NCBI GenBank assembly: GCA_947475545.1 | Contig: CANJLL010000001.1 | Span: 618,157-682,156 of the forward strand | Origin: Chloroflexota bacterium | GTDB lineage: Bacteria > Chloroflexota > Limnocylindria > Limnocylindrales > CSP1-4 | Direction of reading: 5' to 3' | DNA length: 64,000 nucleotides | Part shown: positions 38,021 to 46,545 of the stretch, piece by piece | How the letters are laid out: each line of letters opens with the position of its first letter | Position numbering within the stretch: position 1 is the stretch's first letter | Program-made: the position numbers and the translations under genes | The notes under the pieces: generated by a model | What the model was told of the DNA's origin: nothing | What the model saw: the letters and a program-made list of their open reading frames with translations, nothing else | The model's database searches: none

Positions 38021-39091
38021 GTAGAGGCGTTCCTCGATGAGCTTCTCCTGCACGGTCCGACCGTTGGGGTCGAAGCAGGAGTACTCGAAGTGCTTCTCGA
38101 ACTCGACGTCCACGTTGTCCTGGCCGCCGCGGTTCTTCTCCACCGAGACCACCACCCAGTCGCGGAAGCGCTGTGCCTGGTACGGGTTGAACTCGATGTT
38201 GACCTTGGCGACGATGTGGTACTTCTCGTTCAGGATGAGGATGATGTCGGCCTCGTAGTTAATCGCCGACGAGCCGCGCAGGTGGAAGTTGCGCAGGCGC
38301 GACGCCTTGAGGCCTTCCTTGTCCGCGGCCACGATCGCGACCATCGGCACGTCCTCGGACAACGCGATGTCCTTGAGCCCGTTGACGATGAACGTGACCT
38401 TCTCCGTCTCGGTCGTTGGCTCCGGGATCTGCGGCACCTTCTGCAAGTAGTCGATGACCACCATGAGCTGCCGGTCCCTCGACAGCGTCCGGTGCTGCTG
38501 GACCAACTTGCGGATGTTGTCGATGGTGCTGGCCGTCTGCGAGCCGCGGAGCAGGAAGAGGTTCTGGCCGTAGCGCGCGATCCGCTCGACCGACGGCCGC
38601 AGGCGCGGATTGTCGGCGAGGTTGAGCTTGGCGCCGCCGTCCTCCATCCAGGTGCGCACGATCTCGCTCCGGACGTCCTGGATGCGGATGGCGCCGTTGC
38701 GGTTGGGGAGGTGCGCCAGCGCCGACTCCAGTGCCAGCAGCCGGTTGAGCAGGTAGAGCTCGTCGTGCTCGAAGCAGATATAGAGGACGTTGGCCTGGCC
38801 ACCCAGCGCGACATTGCGCGCCATCTGGAGGGCGAGCGTCGTCTTGCCTGTCCCCTGCGCGCCGCCGATCAGGAGCAGCTCGCCGGGGCGCAGCCCGCCG
38901 CCGATCGTCTTGTCGAGCGGGGTGAAGCCCAGCGGCACCGGCTGGTATTCCGTGACGTTGCCGCTGGCGATCTTGTCGTTGAGGTCGACCAGGACGTCCA
39001 GGGCGGAGCGCGGCGACATGCTGCCATTGGCGGTGTCAAGCCGCCAGCGCAGCCCGTCACCCATCGACATCTCGGCTTCAACTGCGCTCAA
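38012..39091 (-). CDS. Stand-alone DnaB-helicase C-terminal-domain-like RecA-fold ATPase. Its GC content is noticeably lower than that of its neighbours.
   Basis: Walker A LIGGAQGTGKTTLALQMA, then YICFEHDELYLLNRLLALES (DnaB SLEMS-like), and Walker B LMVVIDYLQ. It has no N-terminal DnaB or primase-interaction domain. Codons are AT3-rich (aag, ttc, atc) compared with the flanks. Confidence 0.7.
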   Translation of the reverse strand: MSAVEAEMSMGDGLRWRLDTANGSMSPRSALDVLVDLNDKIASGNVTEYQPVPLGFTPLDKTIGGGLRPGELLLIGGAQGTGKTTLALQMARNVALGGQANVLYICFEHDELYLLNRLLALESALAHLPNRNGAIRIQDVRSEIVRTWMEDGGAKLNLADNPRLRPSVERIARYGQNLFLLRGSQTASTIDNIRKLVQQHRTLSRDRQLMVVIDYLQKVPQIPEPTTETEKVTFIVNGLKDIALSEDVPMVAIVAADKEGLKASRLRNFHLRGSSAINYEADIILILNEKYHIVAKVNIEFNPYQAQRFRDWVVVSVEKNRGGQDNVDVEFEKHFEYSCFDPNGRTVQEKLIEERLYND

Positions 39092-39210
39092 CGGTGCGTA
39101 CCTCCAGGGTGGGACCTATCAGGCATCCTAGCATCGGCACCTGATTGCACAGCCCCGCCGAGAGTGACCCACCGGATGACCCAAAGGTCCTGCCTGCGGG
39201 CCTCCCCACC

Positions 39211-40602
39211 CTAGCCCAGGCCGGTCGACGCCAGCTCGTCGAACATGCGGATGACCGTCCGGATCCCCGTCTCGTGATTCGCCAACACCAGCGACTCGTT
39301 TGGCGCGTGCGCGTTGTCGTCCGGGTTGGAGAAGCCCAGGAGCACGGTCGACAGCCCAAGGATGGATTCGAAGCTGGCGGTGACGGGGATGGAGCCGCCC
39401 TCGCGCAGGTAGACCGGCGCGCGCCCGAAGGTGGCCTCGAGTGCCCTGGCCGCCGCGCGCGTCGCGGGGTGGTCGATGGGAGTCAGGCTGGGCCGGCCGC
39501 CATGGAGGTTCTGGACCTCGACCCGGACGCCGACCGGGGCCAGCGCCAGGACATGGTCGCGGACCAGCGCAAAGATCCTGTGCGGGTCCTGCTTGGCGAC
39601 GAGACGGCAGCTCACCTTGGCGTGGGCGTGGGCAGGGATGATGGTCTTGCTCCCCTCCCCCTGGAAGCCGCCCCAGATGCCGTTGACGTCGAGTGTGGGC
39701 CGTGCGCCCCGGCGCTCGAGGACCGTGTAGCCCGCCTCACCGACCAGTGCCGGGACGCCGATCTCGAGGCGATACGCCTCCTCATCGAGGGGCAGCGCCG
39801 CGAGCGCCGCCCGGTCCGCCTCCGTGAGGGGGACGACGTCGTCGTAGAAGCCCGGCACCAGGACCTTCCCGTCTGGCCCCTTGAGTCCCGTGATGATCCG
39901 GGCCAGGGCGTTGGCCGGGTTCTCCACCACGCCGCCGAACCCGCCCGAGTGGACGTCGACCGTTGGGCCCGTGACGTCCACCTGGCAGTACATGAGCCCG
40001 CGCAGGCTGATCGTGATGGCGGGCACGTTGCCCTGGAAGAACGCGGTATCGCTGATCACCGCGACATCGGCACGCAGCCGATCGCGGTTCGCCACGAGCC
40101 ACGCGTCCAGGTTCTGGGAGCCAAACTCCTCTTCGCCCTCGAAGACAATCCGGAGATTGACCGGCAGACGCCCGCGCGTCGCCATCAGCGCCTCGATGGC
40201 TCGAAGGTGCAGGTGGAGCTGACCCTTGTCGTCCGCCGCGCCACGGGCGAGGATGCGGCCGTCGCGGATGATGGGATCGAAGGGAGCGGACTCCCACATG
40301 TCCAGCGGGTCCACGGGCTGGACGTCGTAGTGGCAGTAGATCAGCACGGTCGGAGCGCCGTCGGCGTGCAGCCAGTCGCCATACACGACGGGGTGCCCGC
40401 CAGTCTCGCTGACCTCGACGTGCTCGATCCCGCTCGACCGCAGGTCGGCGGCGACCCACGCGGCGGCGGCCCGGCAGTCGGCGGCGTGCTCGGGCAGCGC
40501 GGAGATGCTGGGGATGCGCAGGAAGGCCTTGAGCGACTCCAGGCGTCGCTCGGCATTCTCCTGGAGCCAGGTCTCGATGGCTGACGACTGGTCGGTCACG
40601 AA
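39211..40602 (-). CDS. M20-family metallopeptidase (ArgE/DapE/CPG2-like dipeptidase). The start is trimmed to a GTG before TDQSSAIETWL.
   Basis: M20 metal-binding motifs (CHYDVQP...; ARGAADDKGQ; EGEEEFGS) and a dimerisation-domain insert. Confidence 0.75.
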   Translation of the reverse strand, partial: FVTDQSSAIETWLQENAERRLESLKAFLRIPSISALPEHAADCRAAAAWVAADLRSSGIEHVEVSETGGHPVVYGDWLHADGAPTVLIYCHYDVQPVDPLDMWESAPFDPIIRDGRILARGAADDKGQLHLHLRAIEALMATRGRLPVNLRIVFEGEEEFGSQNLDAWLVANRDRLRADVAVISDTAFFQGNVPAITISLRGLMYCQVDVTGPTVDVHSGGFGGVVENPANALARIITGLKGPDGKVLVPGFYDDVVPLTEADRAALAALPLDEEAYRLEIGVPALVGEAGYTVLERRGARPTLDVNGIWGGFQGEGSKTIIPAHAHAKVSCRLVAKQDPHRIFALVRDHVLALAPVGVRVEVQNLHGGRPSLTPIDHPATRAAARALEATFGRAPVYLREGGSIPVTASFESILGLSTVLLGFSNPDDNAHAPNESLVLANHETGIRTVIRMFDELASTGLG

Positions 40603-40757
40603 GCACCCCTTTCGCGTCGAGGGTAGACGGGGCGCGGGGGCGGCCCGGGAGGCAGCCTCGGCCAGCGGTTGGAGCGATGGTAGTCCGCCCAAACGAAGAG
40701 CGGGCCTCACGGCCCGCTCCAGCGTCTTGCGATGTACCCGGCCGTGCCGCGCGGCGT

Positions 40758-42647
40758 TCAGGCGGGGTTGAGGCCCACCGCCGGAAGCCCCTTGGGCAGG
40801 TTGATCAACTTGGGCGGGCTACCGTGCACGTCCTGCTTGGGCGGCAGGTCCGTGAAGAGGGATTCGAAGCCCTCGGAGTCCACGGTCTCCTCGGCGATCA
40901 GCTTGGCGGCGAGCGCGTCGAGCTTGTCGCGGTGGGTCTCGAGCACATCCATCGCCCGCTCGTAGGCGCGGTCGATGATGGCGCGCACCTCGTCGTCGAT
41001 GGTCTTGGCGACCTCGTCGGAGTAGTTGCGCTGCTCGCCGATCTCTCGGCCCAGGAAGACGAGCTCGTCGCGCTTCCCGAACGAGAGCGGGCCGAGCTTG
41101 TCGCTCATCCCGAACTCGGTGACCATGCGACGAGCCAGGGCCGTCGCCTTCTCGATGTCGTTGCTGGCGCCAGTGGTGGTATCGCCGAAGACCAGCCGCT
41201 CCGAGGCAGTCCCGCCGAGCAACCCGGCGATCTTGTCCTCGAACTCGGTCTTGCTCTGCAGGTAGCGATCCTCCGACGGCAGGGCCATCGTGTAGCCGAG
41301 CGCCATGCCGCGGCTGATGATCGTGACCTTGCTGACCGGGTCGCACTTGGGAAGGATCCGCTGCACCACGGCGTGACCGCCCTCGTGGTAGGCAATGATC
41401 AGCTTCTCGGGGTCCGAGATGATCCTGGACTTGCGCTCCGGGCCGGCGATGATCCGGTCCAGTGCCTCCTGGAACTCCGGGGTGCCAATCGACTTCTTGT
41501 TGCGGCGTGCCGCGAGGATAGCCGCCTCGTTCATGAGGTTGGCGAGGTCCGCGCCCGAGAAGCCGGGCGACTGACGGGCGACGCCATCCAGATCCACGGA
41601 CTTGTCGAGGGGCTTGCCCTTGACATGGACCTTGAGGATCGCGACGCGGCCGCGCATATCGGGTCGATCCAGGATGACCTGCCGGTCGAACCGGCCGGGG
41701 CGCAGGAGCGCCGGGTCAAGGACGTCCGGCCGGTTGGTGGCCGCGACAACGATCACGTTGGTGTTGGTGTCGAAGCCGTCCATCTCGACGAGGATCTGGT
41801 TGAGGGTCTGCTCGCGTTCGTCGTGGGAGCCGCCCAGGCCGGCGCCGCGCTGGCGCCCGACTGCGTCGATCTCATCCACGAAGACGATGCACGGTGAGTT
41901 GCGCTTGGCCTGGTCGAACAGGTCGCGGACGCGGCTGGCGCCAACGCCCACGAACATCTCGACGAACTCCGAGCCCGAGATGCTGAAGAACGGCACCCCG
42001 GCCTCGCCGGCGACGGCCCGTGCCATAAGGGTCTTGCCCGTGCCTGGCGGGCCCACCAGCAGCACGCCGCGCGGGATCCGCGCGCCGAGCGTGTTGAACT
42101 TCTCCGGGTACTTCAGGAACTCGACGACTTCCTGGAGCTCCATCTTGGCCTCGTCCACGCCTGCAACGTCGTTGAACGTGACGACGCTCTTGTTCCCCAG
42201 GAACATGCGCGCGCGGCTCTTGCCGAACGAGAGGGCCTGATTATTGGTGCCCTGCGCCTGGCGCATCATGAAGAAGATGAAGCCGCCGATCACGAGGAGC
42301 GGCAGGACCGCGGTGATCAGGATCCCCAGCCAGCCGGTGTCCGGGGGCAGCTCCGCCTTGTAGATTTTGGTATCGAACGTCTGGCCACCGGCCGTGGCCG
42401 CCTCCCTCATGTCCTTGAGGACATCCGTGAGCACGGTGGGCACGACGACGGTGTACTGGGCCCCGTTCTTCGGCTTGACGGCGAGCGTGGTGTCCTTCTG
42501 GATAACTTCCTGCACCTGCTGGGCTTGGACATTCGCCAGGAATGTGCCGTAGCCCACGCGTTCAGCGGTGGTGCCCTGATTGATCCACGTAAGCAAGAGC
42601 AATGAGGTGCCGATGACGAGGATGAGCATCACCAGCCCGTTGCGCAT
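40758..42647 (-). CDS. ftsH: ATP-dependent zinc metalloprotease FtsH. The start is trimmed to MRNGLVML.
   Basis: Two N-terminal TM helices, an AAA module (GPPGTGKT; IVFVDEIDA; SRF), and the HEGGH zinc site. Confidence 0.95.
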   Translation of the reverse strand: MRNGLVMLILVIGTSLLLLTWINQGTTAERVGYGTFLANVQAQQVQEVIQKDTTLAVKPKNGAQYTVVVPTVLTDVLKDMREAATAGGQTFDTKIYKAELPPDTGWLGILITAVLPLLVIGGFIFFMMRQAQGTNNQALSFGKSRARMFLGNKSVVTFNDVAGVDEAKMELQEVVEFLKYPEKFNTLGARIPRGVLLVGPPGTGKTLMARAVAGEAGVPFFSISGSEFVEMFVGVGASRVRDLFDQAKRNSPCIVFVDEIDAVGRQRGAGLGGSHDEREQTLNQILVEMDGFDTNTNVIVVAATNRPDVLDPALLRPGRFDRQVILDRPDMRGRVAILKVHVKGKPLDKSVDLDGVARQSPGFSGADLANLMNEAAILAARRNKKSIGTPEFQEALDRIIAGPERKSRIISDPEKLIIAYHEGGHAVVQRILPKCDPVSKVTIISRGMALGYTMALPSEDRYLQSKTEFEDKIAGLLGGTASERLVFGDTTTGASNDIEKATALARRMVTEFGMSDKLGPLSFGKRDELVFLGREIGEQRNYSDEVAKTIDDEVRAIIDRAYERAMDVLETHRDKLDALAAKLIAEETVDSEGFESLFTDLPPKQDVHGSPPKLINLPKGLPAVGLNPA

Positions 42648-42816
42648 GAACTTCGAGTTCAAGCGAAGCCTCCGAGTGGAACGGCTGACCGCCGACCAAG
42701 CGACGGTATGGACGGAGTATAGCGTTGGGCTGGTGAAGCGCCCCCGAGGCACCCGGAGGCCGTGCGCCCGCCATGGGTCGCGGCACGCGCCATGCGCGCT
42801 CGCCCGGTGAGAGGGG

Positions 42817-42891
42817 TGGTAGCAGGGACAGGATTCGAACCTGTGACCTAGCGATTATGAGCCGCTTGCTCTGCCGCTGAGCTACCCTGCC
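42817..42891 (-). tRNA. tRNA-Met (anticodon CAU) with encoded CCA. It has elongator-type features (G1·U72 pair; no 3×GC anticodon stem).
   Basis: The reverse complement folds as a cloverleaf: acceptor GGCAGGG/CCCTGCT, D stem GCTC/GAGC, anticodon stem AGCGG/TCGCT with loop CTCATAA, T stem ACAGG/CCTGT with loop TTCGAAT, then discriminator A and CCA. Confidence 0.85.
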
Positions 42892-42941
42892 ACGAGGTGC
42901 GCCGAGTCTGCCGGCAGCATGCCGGGCCCGGGCGGCTCCGC

Positions 42942-45816
42942 TCATTCTAGCGCAGCCACACCGGTGTGACCGCCATCCCCGCCCGGCCGAGCCGCGGCCA
43001 GTCCCGCCGACACCGCGCCAGGTCGTTCCCACGGCGGCAGTCCCGGCTTGGCTGGGCCCACCAACGAGGAGCACCGGTACGAGTCTGGCGCGGCAGGGCG
43101 CGCCAGCAGGTGCCCCTGGCCGTACAGGCAGCCCAGGTCCACGAGCACCTGGAGTTGCATCTCCGTCTCGATACCCTCCGCCACGGCACTCAGGCCCAGG
43201 GCATCGCCCAGCGCCACGATGGCCCGGACCATCGAGGTGGATTCACCTCCTGGGCCAAGGCGAGCGACCAGGGAACCGTCGACCTTGAGGACATCCACAG
43301 GCAGCGCGTGCAGGTAGCTGAGCGACGAGTAGCCCGTCCCGAAGTCGTCGACCGCCAGGCGGACGCCCAGGGCGCGGATGCGCTCCAGCTGGCCCACCAT
43401 CGAGGGGCCACCCTGGACCACGAGGCGCTCCGGGAACTCCAGGGTGAGCCGCCCGGGCTCCATGCCGGTCGCGGCCAGGACGGCCGGAATCTCGGCGACG
43501 AAGCCACCCTCCCGTACCTGGCGCTCCGAGACGTTGACGGAGATCGGCATCGGCAGGGCGTCGCCGTCGAGCAGGTCGCGGCACTCGCGGCAAGCCCGCT
43601 CCAGCGCCCAGCGACCGATCGGGACGATCAGCCCACCGGACTCGGCCACGGGGATGAAGCGACGCGGTGAGACGAACCCGCGCAAGGGATGGCGCCAGCG
43701 CAGCAGCGCCTCGAGTCCCTGGGCCACGCCCGACCGCAGCCGGATGATGGGTTGATAGGCCAGGAAGAATTGGTCCCCGGCCAACGCCACCGCGAGGTCT
43801 CGCTGCATGTCGATGTTGTCCGCCACCGTGTCCGACAGCACACGGGTGAACATCTCCACGCGTCCCTTGCCTTGCATCTTCACCGAGTACATGGCGAGGT
43901 CCGCGTCGCGCAGGAGGTCCGAGACGGTGCTGGCCCCCGGGATCGACGGCGATGCCGACGCTGACGCGCACGGTCGCCTCATGCCCCACCACCATGACGG
44001 GCGGGTCCAGGGCGCGCAGCAGGCGGTCCGCTATCCCGCGGGCGGTGGACTCGGGCTCGTCGTCCTCGATGAGGATCGCGAACTCGTCGCCGCCCAGCCG
44101 GGCGACCGTGTCACCGTCCCGGGCGCTCTCGCGGAGCCGGAGCGCGACGACGCGGAGCACCTGGTCCCCGACGAGGTGTCCGAGTGTGTCATTGACGGAC
44201 TTGAAATCGTCGAGATCGATGAACAGGACGACCATCTGGCCGCGGCGACCGCGACGGAGGAGGTGCTGGACAAATCGGTCCTCGAACAGGGTTCGATTGG
44301 CCAGGCCGATCAACGGGTCATGGAGGGCCTGCTCTGCGAGGCGGCCCTCGAGGGCCCTCCGGGCGGTGACGTCCCGGCCCTTCAGGACGATCCCGGCGAC
44401 ATTCGGGTCGTCGAGGAGGTCCGTGGCCTTGAGCTCCATCCATGCGCGCCCGCCGTCGCTCGTCAGCAGCTCGACCTCGCCCTCGGCAAACGGTTTGCCC
44501 TGGCTGTCGAGGAGCAAGCGGGTGAAGGCGGCCCATGATTCGGGCGCGATGAGCTCGCGCAGCATCACGCCCGCCAGCTCCCCGTCGCTGCGCAGGACGG
44601 CCTCTGCGGAGGGTGTGCTCGAGACCATGCGGCCCTCTGCATCCACGACCAGGATCCGGTCGGACGAGCGTTGAACCAGCGAGCGGAAGCGCGCCTCGGA
44701 CATCCGCGTCGCCAACGCCGCGCTCATCTCGGCGTGGACTCGGGACGCGAGAACCTGGCGAACGAAGACGAGCAAGGTCGGGACAGCGCCTCCAACCGGG
44801 GCCAACGGGCCGGCCTGCGATCCGAATGAGAGCAGGAGGACGTAGCCGAAACCGGCAGCCGCGTACGGCAGGAGACTGATGCCGATGGCACGCGCGCTCG
44901 CCGGCGATGCGGCGTCGGTGTGTCGCGGGACCCCCTCGGCGGCAGCCGTGGTGAGCGCGATGGACGGGAGGTAGAAGACGTCGGGCATTCCTCCCAGGTC
45001 GTAGCTCTCGTTGTGTTCCAGCCACGCCCACAGGATGTCCGCCACGAAGAATGATCCGAACGCACCGACCAGCAGGGTGAGCCACGCTCCGTCGGCCAGT
45101 GCGCCCCGCCGCAGCCAGGCCAGCGCCACGCCGACGAGCAACATCGCACTGCCCGCCGGATAGACCACCTCCAACAGTCGCACCGTCAAGTTCGGGCCAT
45201 CCGGCAACCGCAGCCCGGGGCCCACGAGGCCGACCACGAGCGCAATCAGCGCCACCACCAGGACGATCAACGCGTCGACGTCGAGGCGGGCGCGCTCGAT
45301 GGGGCGCAGCCAGACGTGCGACACGGCAACCAGGCCGGCGAACAGCAGTGGATAGGCGGCGAGGTAGGCCACATCCGCGATCGACGGGGACGCAACACCT
45401 CCGCCGACGACGGCGGCCAGCGACCACGCCACGTCACCCAGCCAGTTCGCGGCGACCCCCAGGCTCAGGAGCGCCCAGCCCGTCCGGGTGGGAACCGGCA
45501 CGCGCCGGTCGCGGGCCGTGGCCACCACCGACCACAGGGCCCCGAAGCCCAGGTTGATGGAGGCGAGGGCCGTTCCCGCCACGATGCTCAGACGCGGGGC
45601 GTCGGTGACGAGGCTGAGCACGAGCCACGCGAAGTAGCCCACGGTGCCACCAAGCACGGCCAGGAGCCGGCGGCTACGCCGACGGGTGGCGGGCAACGCC
45701 CGGCGGACCAGCCCGCCCCAGGCGTGCCTTCCCCGATCCAGCCCGCTCCGCGTAATCTCGATGGCGGCCGCCAATCTCGTGCGTTCGCACGACGGGACGC
45801 CGTCCCAGCAGCCCAC
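42942..45816 (-). pseudogene. Membrane-anchored PAS–GGDEF–EAL c-di-GMP enzyme, disrupted by a 1-nt frameshift between the GGDEF and EAL domains at a CCCCCGGG tract (about 43936..43943).
   Basis: Reading frame A carries the TM region, PAS, and GGDEF domain (RLGGDEFAILI...VSVGIAVDPG). Frame B continues with ...STVSDLLRDADLAMYSVK followed by a complete EAL domain (QGLEALLRW...DDFGTGYSSL...). The two frames switch within gcccccggg. Confidence 0.7.
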
Positions 45817-45897
45817 CCGCGGCCGGCAGTGGTGGGCTATGGGCCACAGGTCATCTATCTTCCGGGGCCGGCGGCCAGATTCAGCCTCGGGCGCGGG

Positions 45898-46425
45898 TCA
45901 GGTCGCTGGACCGAACAGGAGTGTCAGCCACGAATCCAGTGGTGAGCGGCGTTCCGACACCGCACCAATTCGCACGCCGGCGGTTCCAGGCGCGTCGGGT
46001 GCCAGGCTGGGCACGGGCTTCTGGAGCGAGAACGGCACCTCGCGCGCAGCGCCCAGCCGATAGGCGCGCGCCTGCTGGACGATGAACTCCTGGCGCTGGA
46101 TCAGCCGAAGCTCCCCATCAAGTGCCGCGATGTCCGAGACGAGTTGGCGGTTTGCGGCGGCGAGCGCGCCAGCCCGGCCCGAGGCGGCCGTGACGTCGCC
46201 CACCTGGCGGACGAATGCGAACGCCAGCCAGGTGACCGCGAGGACGACGGCCAGGACCAGTACCCGATGGCGAGTGAACCCGGCCACCGACAGGGTCCGG
46301 AGGTCGGCAGTGGGCACCCGTTCGGGTCCATCCGGGCCCGGCCGGAGCCGGGATCCGGCCCTCGAGGCCAACCCCTCGCCGTTAGGGGCGGGGTTGAGCG
46401 GTGCAGCGTCGGGCCGGCGGGACAT
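45898..46425 (-). CDS. Septum-formation initiator family protein (FtsB/DivIC-like). The start is placed at MSRRPD, while the track ORF begins at an upstream TTG.
   Basis: A single TM helix (VLVLAVVLAVTWLAFAFV) is followed by a coiled-coil ANRQLVSDIAALDGELRLIQRQEFIVQQAR, as in FtsB/DivIC. A -35/-10 pair sits just upstream of this ATG. Confidence 0.5.
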   Translation of the reverse strand: MSRRPDAAPLNPAPNGEGLASRAGSRLRPGPDGPERVPTADLRTLSVAGFTRHRVLVLAVVLAVTWLAFAFVRQVGDVTAASGRAGALAAANRQLVSDIAALDGELRLIQRQEFIVQQARAYRLGAAREVPFSLQKPVPSLAPDAPGTAGVRIGAVSERRSPLDSWLTLLFGPAT

Positions 46426-46434
46426 CGTCGCCGC

Positions 46435-46463
46435 AGCGTAGCTGCCGGTAGCTGACGTGTCAA
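46435..46463 (-). promoter_or_regulatory. Candidate sigma-70-type promoter: TTGACA, 17-nt spacer, TACGCT, lying 9 nt upstream of the ftsB-like ATG. The mRNA would be near-leaderless.
   Basis: The minus-strand sequence reads TTGACAcgtcagctaccggcagcTACGCTgcggcgacgATG. The -35 hexamer is a perfect consensus, the spacer is 17 nt, and the -10 fits TAnnnT. Confidence 0.35.
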
Positions 46464-46473
46464 ACGCGAAACC

Positions 46474-46494
46474 CGTGACAGCGAACCTGTCACG
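46474..46494. promoter_or_regulatory. Perfect 8-5-8 inverted repeat, CGTGACAG-cgaac-CTGTCACG, in the divergent ftsB-like/mrfA intergenic region. Candidate operator site.
   Basis: The two arms are exact reverse complements. It lies about 55 nt upstream of the mrfA start and just upstream of the -35 of the divergent promoter. Confidence 0.3.
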
Positions 46495-46545
46495 AGCACG
46501 GGCCAACCTCCGCTAGACTGACGCGAAAGCGAACGGTCGTTCTGT

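Noticed and set aside
37083-38024. 313-aa plus-strand ORF, plus the minus-strand ORFs at 37008..37562 and 37381..37758, all in the 850-bp gap.
   Set aside because: None has coding-like composition or any motif. The 37008..37562 ORF overlaps ppa. I treat the region as non-coding.
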